This document shows, piece by piece, positions 38,163-47,864 of a DNA stretch of 64,000 nt. The DNA lies in assembly GCA_028712365.1 (NCBI GenBank), contig JAQTQE010000007.1, forward strand, positions 1,026-65,025. Reading direction: 5' to 3'. Made by a program: the position numbers and the translations under genes. The notes beneath the pieces are model-generated. The model saw only the letters and a program-made list of their open reading frames with translations, was not told the DNA's origin and did not search any database. How positions within the stretch are numbered: position 1 is the stretch's first letter; each line of letters opens with the position of its first letter. This stretch comes from a bacterium. GTDB taxonomy: Bacteria; CAYTYR01; UBA6262.

Positions 38163-38960
38163 TCAATATGAATGTTTTTTATCCGGGAATTTGCCGGATT
38201 CCACTTCCTGTTTATATTGTTTGAACGCCTTTAGCATTATCTTCCTAACATCCACGTACTGCTTCACGAATTTCGGTTTAAAATCCGGGAACAGTCCCAG
38301 CATATCCGGTGTCACCAGCACTTGCCCGTCGCAATACTTGCCGGCTCCGCAACTGATAGTTGGTATAGCCAGGCTTGCAGTGATCTCCTTAGCCAGCTGC
38401 CAAGGCACACTTTCCAGCACTATGGAAAAGACGCCTGCTTCCTGTAATAATAAGGCATCTTGTTTTAATCTTTCGGCTTGGACATTCTCCCGTCCCTGGA
38501 CTTTGTATCCGCCCATTTTATGCACTGCCTGGGGAGTTAGTCCGATATGCCCCATTACCGGGATATCAGCGTCCAGCATCGCCTTGATCGTCTTGATCAT
38601 TTCCCGCCCACCCTCGATCTTCACCGCTTCAGCCCCGCCTTCTTTCAGGAACCGGCCGGCATTGCGCACTGCCTCGCTGGGCTTGATCTGGTAGGAAAGA
38701 TACGGCATATCAGCGACTATCAAGGCATTCTTATTGCCTCTTTTCACTGCCTTGACATGATGCAGCATTTCTTCAATAGTCACCGGCAGGGTTGTCTCAT
38801 AGCCAAGCACTACCATAGCCAGGGTATCCCCCACCAATAAAATATCAATACCAGCCTCATTCATCAGCCTGGCGGTGGGATAATCATAGCAGGTAAGCAC
38901 AGCTATTTTTTGTTTAGCTTGTTTTTTAGTTAATAATGAAGTTGTTGTTACTTTTCCCAT
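38163..38960 (-). CDS. panB: 3-methyl-2-oxobutanoate hydroxymethyltransferase.
   Basis: KIAVLTCYDYPTA...LLVGDTLAMVVLGYETT...GHIGLTPQ motifs are present. Confidence 0.9.
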   Translation of the reverse strand: MGKVTTTSLLTKKQAKQKIAVLTCYDYPTARLMNEAGIDILLVGDTLAMVVLGYETTLPVTIEEMLHHVKAVKRGNKNALIVADMPYLSYQIKPSEAVRNAGRFLKEGGAEAVKIEGGREMIKTIKAMLDADIPVMGHIGLTPQAVHKMGGYKVQGRENVQAERLKQDALLLQEAGVFSIVLESVPWQLAKEITASLAIPTISCGAGKYCDGQVLVTPDMLGLFPDFKPKFVKQYVDVRKIMLKAFKQYKQEVESGKFPDKKHSY

Positions 38961-39382
38961 CTAAACACCTTCCTGTTTAATGCCGGAGCAATTTCCTTGA
39001 GAGGTTTAAGCACAAAATTACGTTTATTGATCTGCGGATGCGGAATGATAAGCTTGCTATGTTTGATCTTTTTGCCTTCGTAGAGCAGTATATCTATATC
39101 GATGAGCCTGGGACCCCAGCGCGCTGTCCTGGTCCGCCCCATAATTCTTTCAATGCTTTTAACCTGTCGCAATAATTGCAGCGGCGTTAAACTTGTTTTA
39201 ATTTCCGCGACCGCGTTCAGGAAATCAGGCTGATCCAGGTAACCAACTGGTTTGGTTTTGTATAATGAAGAAACCTTTACTATTTTTACGTCCCGCCGCA
39301 ACAACCTGATCGCTTCTTTAATATTCTTTCTCTTATTTCCCAGATTTGTTCCCAATCCCAGGTATATTGTTTTTATTACCAT
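38948..39382 (-). CDS. folK: 2-amino-4-hydroxy-6-hydroxymethyldihydropteridine pyrophosphokinase.
   Basis: IYLGLGTNLGN...RWGPRLIDIDILLY...HPQINKRNFVLKPL motifs are present. Start is taken at the internal Met (MVIKTIYLGLG). Confidence 0.85.
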   Translation of the reverse strand: MVIKTIYLGLGTNLGNKRKNIKEAIRLLRRDVKIVKVSSLYKTKPVGYLDQPDFLNAVAEIKTSLTPLQLLRQVKSIERIMGRTRTARWGPRLIDIDILLYEGKKIKHSKLIIPHPQINKRNFVLKPLKEIAPALNRKVFRWEK

Positions 39383-40542
39383 TTTATTTTTTCGATACGT
39401 TTCAGCGCTTCCTGCAGGCGTTGCTTGTCCTGCGTCAGGGCAAAACGGACGTATCCTTCCCCGGAAGGACCAAAGCCAATGCCAGGAGTAGCTACTATAC
39501 CAGCTTGCTCTAAGAGCATAGACGAACAGTGCATCGAGGTATAGCGCGGAGGTACTTCTGCCCACACATAGAAGCTGGCTTTTGGCTTATCCACTTTCCA
39601 GCCCATTTTCTGCAGGCCGCCGACAAAAATATCACGGCGCTCCTGGAACACTTCACGCATTTTGTCGACACATTTCTGGTCCCCGGTCAAAGCCGCTATC
39701 CCGGCATATTGCACTGCCTGGAATACTCCGGAATCAACATTTTCTTTCACTTTGGCCAATCCCTGCAATACCTTGGCATTGCCGCAAGCGAACCCCATGC
39801 GCCAACCAGTCATGCAATATGTCTTGGAAAGAGAATGGAATTCAATGCCCACATCCTTGGCCCCTGCCATTTCCAGGAAGCTGGCCGGCTTTTCACCGTC
39901 ATAATACATTTCACTGTATGCCGCGTCATGACAAACAATAATATTATGATGCTGGGCGAATTTAATCACCTTTTCAAAAAACTTTTTATCACAGCAGGCG
40001 GCTGTTGGATTATTGGGATAATTAATGAACATCAGGGCCGCTTTTTTAGCCACTGCTTCGGGAATAGCGTGCAGGTCAGGCAGGAAATGGTTTTCCTTTT
40101 TCAGCGGCATAAAATAATTCTGTCCCTCGGCGAAAACCGTGCCATTGGCATAGACCGGGTAACCCGGCTCCGGCACCAGCACATCGTCACTGGGATCCAC
40201 GAAAGCATCATGGATATGGTAAATGCCTTCTTTTGAGCCAGCCAGGGCTACAACCTCTGTCGCCGGGTCAAGAACGACGTTAAATCTTTTCTTATACCAG
40301 TCAGCGACTGCCTGCCGGAACTCCAGCAAGCCGATACCAAAAGGATATCTTTGGTTATCGAGTATCCGCATCGCCTTGTTCGCGGCTTCCACTATATGGT
40401 CAGGAGTAGGGATATCCGGATCGCCGACTCCCAGGTCGATCACATCGACGCCTTTATCCCGGGCCAGCTTTTTCTTTTTGTCAATTTCGATAAACAAATA
40501 GGGCGGTAACTTTTTTAATTTCTCGCTAAAATCGATCTGCAT
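39376..40542 (-). CDS. dapL: LL-diaminopimelate aminotransferase-like class I/II aminotransferase.
   Basis: The N-terminus LPPYLFIEID...VIDLGVGDPD resembles DapL, as do NYPNNPT and the PLP-lysine motif SLSKTYCMTGWRMGF. It is adjacent to the dapB/dapA/dapF/lysA cluster. Confidence 0.65.
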   Translation of the reverse strand: MQIDFSEKLKKLPPYLFIEIDKKKKLARDKGVDVIDLGVGDPDIPTPDHIVEAANKAMRILDNQRYPFGIGLLEFRQAVADWYKKRFNVVLDPATEVVALAGSKEGIYHIHDAFVDPSDDVLVPEPGYPVYANGTVFAEGQNYFMPLKKENHFLPDLHAIPEAVAKKAALMFINYPNNPTAACCDKKFFEKVIKFAQHHNIIVCHDAAYSEMYYDGEKPASFLEMAGAKDVGIEFHSLSKTYCMTGWRMGFACGNAKVLQGLAKVKENVDSGVFQAVQYAGIAALTGDQKCVDKMREVFQERRDIFVGGLQKMGWKVDKPKASFYVWAEVPPRYTSMHCSSMLLEQAGIVATPGIGFGPSGEGYVRFALTQDKQRLQEALKRIEKIKW

Positions 40543-40544
40543 TT

Positions 40545-40656
40545 AAACCCCTCTTGAAATACAATTTTGAATTTTGAGTGTTGAGTTTTGAATTATGGAA
40601 AAAGATTTTACCTTAACTTAAAACTTAAAACTCAAAACTTATAACTGCTTTTAAAA
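40545..40656. repeat. AT-rich palindromic repeat, a TTTTGAA variant.
   Basis: The inverted pair is TTTTGAATTTTGAGTGTTGAGTTTTGAA and TTAAAACTTAAAACTCAAAACTTATAA. It lies between dapL and the small membrane ORF. Confidence 0.45.
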
Positions 40657-40908
40657 CTACTTTTTAAAAACATAGATGATCTCACCAACCAGGATCAAGA
40701 GAACGACCGCGGCAATGATATTGGTGGTCAGGCTATGGGCTACCATTAAAGACCAAAACAGCCAGAACAATAATCCCATGCTGACAATTACTATGACTAT
40801 AGTCGCCGCCAGGTTTGCCGGATCCCAACCCTCCTCAACTTCTGGCGCCGTAATAACGGTTTGATTCTCAATCCTTGGTTTCTCGTCTCCGGCCATATAA
40901 CCCTCCAA
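40657..40908 (-). CDS. Small hypothetical membrane protein (83 aa).
   Basis: It has an acidic N-terminus and two TM helices. It is flanked on both sides by intergenic palindromic repeats. Confidence 0.35.
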   Translation of the reverse strand: MEGYMAGDEKPRIENQTVITAPEVEEGWDPANLAATIVIVIVSMGLLFWLFWSLMVAHSLTTNIIAAVVLLILVGEIIYVFKK

Positions 40909-41047
40909 ATATTAACACAAATTCTAAGCACTAATATCTAAACCTTAAACAATTTCAAAACTCCAAATCCTAATTTCTAAACGTTTTACATTTTAAGATA
41001 GATTTTGTCTAGGATTTCGATATTCGAATTTAGGATTTGCTCCAAAA
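40909..41047. repeat. Family B palindromic repeat copy.
   Basis: ...CCAAATCCTAATTTCTAAACGTTTTAC...GTCTAGGATTTCGATATTCGAATTTAGGATTTG. It lies between the small membrane ORF and the HEAT gene. Confidence 0.55.
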
Positions 41048-43090
41048 CTAGTATGTTTTATTCTTCTGCAGCCAGTTGTGCCATCTATCCTTGTCTTCAC
41101 CATAACTTTTACCGGTAATCCTCTCAAGCGCGACTGCCGCCACTACCCGGACACTGGCAAATTTGTCATTTAAAGCCTCGATCAATGGTTCCACTGCCTG
41201 TGCGTCCTTTATTTCTCCCAGGGCCCAGGCAGCTTTTTCCCGTACTCCTGAGTTGGGATCCTTTAAGATCTTGATCAACGGCAGGGTCGCCTGGTTGTGG
41301 GCGATCTCGCCAAGTGATTTAGCCACCTGCTCACGCACCAGTTCGCTTTCGTCCTGCAAGGCTTCTATTAAAGGTTGCACTGCTCTTGAATCCTTGATCT
41401 TGCCCAGGGCAAAAGCGACGTCGGTACGTATTTCCTTATTTTCATTTTTCAACGACATGATCAGCGGTTCTACCGCCCGGCTGTCACAAATTATACCCAG
41501 GGCTACCGCCGCTACGATACGCACATTTTTATCTTTATCTTTAAGCGCTCCGATCAATGGCTCCACTGCTTTGGGATCTTTTATCTTACCCAAAGACAAC
41601 GCGGCATTCCAACGCACTATATCAATTTTATCTTTAAGTAACCGGACCAGGGATTCAACTGCCCGGGGATCTCTCAACTCCCCCAAGGTCAAAGCGGAAT
41701 AACTGCGTACGACCTCATTGCTGTCATCCAGGGAAATGATCAACTGATCAATAGTTGCTTCTCCGATCTTCACCAATGCTTCAGAAGCTTTTTCCCGGAC
41801 CATTTCACTTTTGTCTTTCAACGCCAGGATCAGAGAAGCGATCGCCCGTTCATCCCTGATCTCCCCCAGGGCTTTAGCGGAATTTATTCTGACTTCTTCA
41901 TCCGCGTCCATTAAGGCTTCCGTCAGTCCCTCTAACGCCCGGTTGTCCCGCACTTCTCCCAATATTATGGCCACATTCCGGCGCACATTTACATTATTGT
42001 CTTTCAACGCCGAAATGAGCGGATTTACCGCCGGATTCCCGATGATCTTGGTAATAGCTTCGGTAACCGAACTTTGGATGAATTTAAAATTCTTTTCATC
42101 TCTCATGGCTTCGATCAGAGGCACCACCGCGCGGGTATCCCGTATTTCACCCAGCGCTTTGACTGCCTGCTCACGGACCATTTCACCTTTATCAGACAAA
42201 GCCGAGACTAAAGGGCCAACTGCCCGGTTATCCCTGATCACACCGAGCGCTTTAACCGCTTCTTCGCGGACAATGGCGCTTTCATCTTTTAATGCCAAGA
42301 CCAACGGCTCCACTGCCCGGCCATCGCCAATTTCACCGAGAGCTTTAGCCGCGTATTTCCTGATAAACCACTTATCATCGCTCAGAGCGGTAATTAACGG
42401 ATTAACCGCTGATTTGCCGATCTTAACCAAGGAGCGGGAAGCATACCGGCGGGCAATGTCATTCTTATCTTTAAGAGCGGTGATCAAAGCGGAAACCGCC
42501 GGTTCACCTATTCTCTCCAGGGATAGGATCGATTCCCTGAGCACAAAACCATCATCATCTTTCAAGCCGGCTACCAAGGCTTCCACTGCCCGGTTGTCAC
42601 CAATATCACCCAAAGCTTTAGCCGCGTGTTCCCTGACGGTGGAGTTCTCATCCCTGAGAGCGCCGATCAGGGCTTCTACCGCCCTGGTATTGCGCAGATC
42701 TCCCAGGGCCCGGGCAGCCTGGTCCCTGGCATACCACTTTTCCGCTTTGAGCGTCACGATCAGCGGATCAACGGCAGGCTCACCCGTGCTAACCAGGGCT
42801 TGTTCCGTGATCTCGATAAATTCACGGGAATTCGTATCCCCCAACAACTCGATCAGGTAAGGGATCGCTGGCGCTGCTTCTGCCCCCATATTCCTGAGGG
42901 CTATAACTGCCTGCTGTCTTTCATCTGGATTAGTGGAATACAATCTTTCTATTTGGGTCCTTACTGCTCCGGTAATAGAAGAGGGAATATGGGATGAGGT
43001 TTCATGCAACTGGGCAGATACTGGATTGGTGATGAACATAATGATACCGATTAATACTCCGAACCAACTCTTGGAGTTAATCGTTGTCAT
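41048..43090 (-). CDS. HEAT-repeat (PBS-lyase-like) protein, secreted or periplasmic.
   Basis: It has a signal peptide and about 18 tandem ~31-aa repeats (AA.ALG.IGD.RAVEPLI.ALKD....VR..A..ALG). The repetition is visible at the DNA level. Confidence 0.75.
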   Translation of the reverse strand: MTTINSKSWFGVLIGIIMFITNPVSAQLHETSSHIPSSITGAVRTQIERLYSTNPDERQQAVIALRNMGAEAAPAIPYLIELLGDTNSREFIEITEQALVSTGEPAVDPLIVTLKAEKWYARDQAARALGDLRNTRAVEALIGALRDENSTVREHAAKALGDIGDNRAVEALVAGLKDDDGFVLRESILSLERIGEPAVSALITALKDKNDIARRYASRSLVKIGKSAVNPLITALSDDKWFIRKYAAKALGEIGDGRAVEPLVLALKDESAIVREEAVKALGVIRDNRAVGPLVSALSDKGEMVREQAVKALGEIRDTRAVVPLIEAMRDEKNFKFIQSSVTEAITKIIGNPAVNPLISALKDNNVNVRRNVAIILGEVRDNRALEGLTEALMDADEEVRINSAKALGEIRDERAIASLILALKDKSEMVREKASEALVKIGEATIDQLIISLDDSNEVVRSYSALTLGELRDPRAVESLVRLLKDKIDIVRWNAALSLGKIKDPKAVEPLIGALKDKDKNVRIVAAVALGIICDSRAVEPLIMSLKNENKEIRTDVAFALGKIKDSRAVQPLIEALQDESELVREQVAKSLGEIAHNQATLPLIKILKDPNSGVREKAAWALGEIKDAQAVEPLIEALNDKFASVRVVAAVALERITGKSYGEDKDRWHNWLQKNKTY

Positions 43091-43878
43091 ATATTGTTCT
43101 CCCCGCTGACATTATTTTTTAAAGTGCCGACTCCCGCGACGGTTACTTCCACAGTATCACCGATATTCATCGCTCCCACGCCAAGCGGGGTTCCCGTAGT
43201 AATTACATCTCCCGGTAAAAGAGTCATGACCTGGGAAATAAAACTTACCAGTCGCGGAATAGGAAAGATCAGGTTTTTAGTGCTGGAAGACTGCTTGACC
43301 TGGCCGTTCAAGCGTAACTCTACCGATAAATCAGCCGGATCCAAACCACTGGCAATAAAAGGCCCGATGGGACTAAAGGTATCGAAGCTTTTAGCCCTGG
43401 TCCACTGCCCGTCTTTTTTCTGCAGGTCCCGGGCAGTGACATCATTAAAGCAGGTATACCCGAGAATATATTCACCAGCTTGTTCCGAAGATACACGCCG
43501 GCACGTTTTCTTAATGACCACTGCTACCTCAGCTTCGTAATCCAGCTGAGCGCACATTTTAGGATATACTATTTTCTCGCCGGGACCGATCACTGAAGTA
43601 CTGGGTTTGATAAACAGCACTGGTTCTTCCGGCACCGCCATTTTCAGCTCCTGGGCATGTTCAGTATAATTCAACCCGACAGCGACAATTTTGGAAGGCA
43701 AACAGGGCAACAAGATCTTGCATTGGGATAAAGGATGCTTATGGCGGCTGGGATAAGAACTATAATCACCCTCCATCTCCAGGATCACATCATCTTTTTC
43801 CAAGATCCCATATTTTATTTCATTATTATGCGAAAACCGTAAATACTTCACCCCGTTAGACCTCCTAGACAAATTCAA
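43087..43878 (-). CDS. Fumarylacetoacetate-hydrolase family protein (2-keto-4-pentenoate hydratase-like).
   Basis: FAH fold motifs are IFPIPRLVSFISQVMTLLPGDVITTGTP.G and EAEVAVVI. Confidence 0.8.
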   Translation of the reverse strand: MNLSRRSNGVKYLRFSHNNEIKYGILEKDDVILEMEGDYSSYPSRHKHPLSQCKILLPCLPSKIVAVGLNYTEHAQELKMAVPEEPVLFIKPSTSVIGPGEKIVYPKMCAQLDYEAEVAVVIKKTCRRVSSEQAGEYILGYTCFNDVTARDLQKKDGQWTRAKSFDTFSPIGPFIASGLDPADLSVELRLNGQVKQSSSTKNLIFPIPRLVSFISQVMTLLPGDVITTGTPLGVGAMNIGDTVEVTVAGVGTLKNNVSGENNI

Positions 43879-43969
43879 CTATACCAATTCTATTCAATTA
43901 CCTATTTATTTGTTCTTACCCGTCAGCCCGAACTTTCAAAAGGTCTAACGGGGTTCATAGCACCTCTTT

Positions 43970-44752
43970 TTATTTTAGTCCCAGGACATCCTGCATATCA
44001 TAAAAACCGGTTTTAGCTTTAGCCATGAACCTGATAGCATGCACTACGCCGCGAGCTAAAGTATCGCGGCTGGAAGCGCGGTGAGTTAATTCCAACCTTT
44101 CGCCGCGACCGGCAAAGATCACGGTATGATCACCCACAATATCCCCGCCGCGGATCGCGTGAATGCCGATTTCCTTGGGCAAACGTTCTCCCACATTTCC
44201 TTTTCTGCCATATACCAGGTCTTCCTTGATATTGCGGTTAAGAGCCGCAGCAATTTCTTTAGCCAACGTTAAAGCTGTTCCGCTGGGAGCGTCTTTCTTA
44301 CGGTTATGATGGGCTTCTATGATCTCTACATCATAAGAATCACCCAGTTTTTGAGCCACATCACGAACTAAACGGAATAATAAATTCACGCCAATACTCA
44401 TATTGGAAGCCAGTAAGCACGGGAAATTCTGGGTAATGAACTTAATATTCTTGATCTCATCATCAGTAAATCCGGTAGTGCCGATAATGAACGGCTTTTT
44501 CAGCCTGGCCAGAACCGCTAAAAAATCCAGGGTGGCCTTGGGTGAAGTAAAATCCACGACCACATCAGCCAGGTTGGCAACTTCTTCCAGGTTATGGATG
44601 ATCTTAACCTCCGGACTTACCTGCGTACCGAGCATAGGATGATGGATTCCTTCAATGGCTCCCACTAATTTCATATCCGGCTCTTCATGGATCATGCTAA
44701 TGATTCGCTGCCCCATCCTGCCGGCAGCCCCGCAAACCACTACTTTGATCAT
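43970..44752 (-). CDS. dapB: 4-hydroxy-tetrahydrodipicolinate reductase.
   Basis: MIKVVVCGAAGRMG at the N-terminus and EIIEAHHNRKKDAPSGTA in the catalytic region. Confidence 0.9.
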   Translation of the reverse strand: MIKVVVCGAAGRMGQRIISMIHEEPDMKLVGAIEGIHHPMLGTQVSPEVKIIHNLEEVANLADVVVDFTSPKATLDFLAVLARLKKPFIIGTTGFTDDEIKNIKFITQNFPCLLASNMSIGVNLLFRLVRDVAQKLGDSYDVEIIEAHHNRKKDAPSGTALTLAKEIAAALNRNIKEDLVYGRKGNVGERLPKEIGIHAIRGGDIVGDHTVIFAGRGERLELTHRASSRDTLARGVVHAIRFMAKAKTGFYDMQDVLGLK

Positions 44753-44773
44753 ATTAAACTCCTATTCGCTCTA

Positions 44774-45646
44774 CTAAATTAACCCAAAGTCTTTCATTAC
44801 TTTCTTTAACTTCTGTATGTTACTTTCAGCCATTGGTGATAACGGCAACAACATTTCAGCGGAACATAACCCCATGATCTCCATGGCTGTCTTAACCGGT
44901 ATGGGATTAGTCTCAATGAACATGGCTTTCATGAGCGCAAACATCTTGAAATGCAATTCGCGAGCCTTGTCCAGGTCACCTTTTGCAAAAGCAGTGATCA
45001 TGGCCGCGACAGCGGCGGGAATAATATTAGAGACTACGGAAATTACTCCCTGGCCACCCAAAGCCAGGATCGAGAAAGTGAGCGAATCCTCACCGCTTAA
45101 CACTATGAAATCCCGGTCAACATTCTGCACGATCTGGCTCACCTGCTCCAGATTGCCGCTGGCTTCCTTAATACCTACTATATTTTTTACCTTGGACAGC
45201 CTGATGACAGTTTCCGGCAGCAAATTCACGCTGGTCCGCCCAGGGACATTATACAATATCTGGGGAATATCTACCGTCTCTGCTATCTTTTTAAAATGCC
45301 GGTACATTCCCTCTTGAGTCGGCTTATTATAATAAGGCGTGATCAATAAAGCTCCATCTGCCCCAGCTTCTTTGGCATACTTGGTCAACATAATGGCTTC
45401 ATCGGTGCTATTAGAACCGGTGCCAGCCAGTACTTTTACTCTCTTTTTGGCCTGCTGTACGCAGAACTTGATCACTTGGTCATGTTCTTCGTAAGTCAAG
45501 GTAGCTGATTCCCCGGTCGTACCGCAGGGGACCAATACCTGGATCCCATTCTTTATCTGGAATTCAATTAATTTTCCCAGGGTCTCAAAATCAACCTTGC
45601 CATTGGCAAAAGGCGTTACAATCGCTGTTCCTGAACCACTAAACAT
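44774..45646 (-). CDS. dapA: 4-hydroxy-tetrahydrodipicolinate synthase.
   Basis: GSGTAIVTPF...VLVPCGTTGE...GIKEASG motifs are present. Start is taken at MFSGSG. Confidence 0.9.
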   Translation of the reverse strand: MFSGSGTAIVTPFANGKVDFETLGKLIEFQIKNGIQVLVPCGTTGESATLTYEEHDQVIKFCVQQAKKRVKVLAGTGSNSTDEAIMLTKYAKEAGADGALLITPYYNKPTQEGMYRHFKKIAETVDIPQILYNVPGRTSVNLLPETVIRLSKVKNIVGIKEASGNLEQVSQIVQNVDRDFIVLSGEDSLTFSILALGGQGVISVVSNIIPAAVAAMITAFAKGDLDKARELHFKMFALMKAMFIETNPIPVKTAMEIMGLCSAEMLLPLSPMAESNIQKLKKVMKDFGLI

Positions 45647-45728
45647 TTTCTTCCTCCTACCTTTCATAAACTATCTCTATTACGATCAACCACGAACGAC
45701 CAACTACGAACGTCTCTTGCTCTTTCTA

Positions 45729-46541
45729 TCAAATCTCCTTCACTTCCCCTTCAAATACGAACTGTACCCGGCCTTCCATATACACATCATAGAATCTATT
45801 CGCGCTGTACTTAAAATAAACAGTCAATACTTCGCCGCCTTGGGTATGTACCCGTACCGGTGAGACCGTGTTTTTGGCAAGAGAACTGCCTAAAGCAGCC
45901 GCTACCGAGCCGGTACCACAGGCTAAGGTTTCATTCTCCACGCCCCGTTCATACGTCCTGATCCTTATGGTGTGCTGATCGATCTTGCTGACAAAATTCA
46001 CATTGGTCCCGGCTGGTTTAAAGATCCGGTGGTTACGGACCATCCTGCCCCATTCAAAAACCGGCACCTTACTTAGATTATTGACAAAGATAACAGCATG
46101 AGGCACGCCGGTATTAATGAATAATACCTTTTGCGCACGACCAGCCAGACTGATGGTTATATTATCCTTGAGGCTATGCGGATCGCTCATGTGCAATTTA
46201 ACCTCAGAGCCCTTGACCTGGGCGCTGATCAACCCGGCCAATGTTTCAAAGATCATTTTCGCCGGGGCGATCTTATGCAGGTAGGCGAAACGGGCTATAC
46301 AACGGGCACCGTTACCGCACATCTCCGCTTCACTGCCGTCTGGATTAAAAATACGCATCTTAAAATCAGCTTTTGCCGATCTTTCCAACAGTATCAATCC
46401 ATCCGCGCCTACGCCGGTTTTGGGCTGGCACAATTGTATCGCCAATTTTGCCGCGGCCGAAGGCAAAACCTTCCGCCGGTTATCGATCACGACAAAATCA
46501 TTACCCGCGCCGCTTAATTTGGCAAACCTGATTCTTCCCAT
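45729..46541 (-). CDS. dapF: Diaminopimelate epimerase.
   Basis: FAKLSGAGNDFVVID...CGNGARC...CGTGSVAAA motifs are present. Confidence 0.9.
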   Translation of the reverse strand: MGRIRFAKLSGAGNDFVVIDNRRKVLPSAAAKLAIQLCQPKTGVGADGLILLERSAKADFKMRIFNPDGSEAEMCGNGARCIARFAYLHKIAPAKMIFETLAGLISAQVKGSEVKLHMSDPHSLKDNITISLAGRAQKVLFINTGVPHAVIFVNNLSKVPVFEWGRMVRNHRIFKPAGTNVNFVSKIDQHTIRIRTYERGVENETLACGTGSVAAALGSSLAKNTVSPVRVHTQGGEVLTVYFKYSANRFYDVYMEGRVQFVFEGEVKEI

Positions 46542-46607
46542 ATATCCCCTTATTTTTAAAAACAATTACGCGGATTATTAACATTGATTACGCAGATTAG
46601 TAGGATA

Positions 46608-47864
46608 TTATTTTATATCCAGCAATCTCTCGTTACTTACCATATCGCCGAACGTTTCCCTGTCCCGGATCATGTAATACTGGTTCTTACTGACCACTAC
46701 CTCACAGGCGCGCGGACGGGCATTATAGTTTGAGGCCATGGAAAAACCATATGCCCCGGCATTGAAGATGGCCAGCAAATCACCCTGTTCCACGAGTGGC
46801 AGGCTGCGCTTCTTAGCGAAATAATCGCCGCTCTCGCAGATCGGCCCGACCACATCGACGAGCATTTCGTTCTTGCCGGATCCCTTGACCGGCTTGATCT
46901 CATGATAGGCGTCGTATAACACCGGACGGGAAAGGTCATTCATGCCGGCATCCACGATCACAAATTTCTTAGCCTGGGTTTCCTTAAGATACAAGACCTT
47001 GGTTACCAGTATTCCCGCCGTACCGGCAATATACCGGCCAGGTTCAAAAATGTATTGGTAATGGGTTTTCCTGATCAAGGGCATGATGGCCTTGGCCAGG
47101 TCTTGCGGTGTGGGTGGCTTTTCATCATTATACGTAATGCCCAATCCTCCGCCCAGATCAATATACTTTAGTTCAATACCCAGGTCCTTGAGCGTTTTCA
47201 GCAAGATGAATACTTTCTGCACTGCTTCCACGAACGGTTCCACGGTAGTTATCTGGGAACCGATATGGACCTGTACCCCGATCACCTCCAGGGACTTATC
47301 CATACTGGCGCGTTCATACGCTTCAGCTGCGTGATTTATGCTGATACCGAATTTATTCTGGGCCAGGCCAGTGGATATATGGTGATGAGTTTTAGGATTA
47401 ATATCCGGATTTACCCTGAATGAGATCCTGGCCTTTTTCTTTACTTTTCTGGCTACGGCGCAGATCAAGTCCAGCTCCGGCAAAGATTCCACATTAAACA
47501 TCAGGATATCATTCTTCAAAGCATAATAGATCTCGTCTTCTGTCTTGCCTACTCCGGCAAACACTATCTTTTCCGGCTTAAAACCAGCGGTCAAGGCACG
47601 GTACAGCTCACCAGCGCTGACAATATCAGCTCCAGCTCCCAGGTTGGCTAAAGTCCGCAGTATTGAGAGATTGGCATTGGTCTTCACCGCGTAACAGACC
47701 GTATGCTTCACTAAGGTAAAAGCTTCATCAAAAGCCTGATAATTATCTACCAAGGTCTTGTGACTATAAAGATAACAAGGGGTCCCTACTGCCTCGATGA
47801 TCTCCCTGACGCTAAGGTTTTCACAGTAGAGCTCACCCTTCTTGTATTCAAACGCACCCATCAA
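46608..47864 (-). CDS. lysA: Diaminopimelate decarboxylase.
   Basis: The PLP-Lys context is CYAVKTN. GPICESGD and the Orn/DAP/Arg decarboxylase fold are present. Confidence 0.9.
   Translation of the reverse strand: MMGAFEYKKGELYCENLSVREIIEAVGTPCYLYSHKTLVDNYQAFDEAFTLVKHTVCYAVKTNANLSILRTLANLGAGADIVSAGELYRALTAGFKPEKIVFAGVGKTEDEIYYALKNDILMFNVESLPELDLICAVARKVKKKARISFRVNPDINPKTHHHISTGLAQNKFGISINHAAEAYERASMDKSLEVIGVQVHIGSQITTVEPFVEAVQKVFILLKTLKDLGIELKYIDLGGGLGITYNDEKPPTPQDLAKAIMPLIRKTHYQYIFEPGRYIAGTAGILVTKVLYLKETQAKKFVIVDAGMNDLSRPVLYDAYHEIKPVKGSGKNEMLVDVVGPICESGDYFAKKRSLPLVEQGDLLAIFNAGAYGFSMASNYNARPRACEVVVSKNQYYMIRDRETFGDMVSNERLLDIK

Noticed and set aside
41163-42860. Long plus-strand ORFs of 179 aa and 349 aa inside the HEAT-repeat gene.
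   Set aside because: They are antisense shadow ORFs created by the GC-balanced ~93-bp tandem repeats of the minus-strand HEAT gene, and their translations are Ser/Ala/Arg-rich nonsense.
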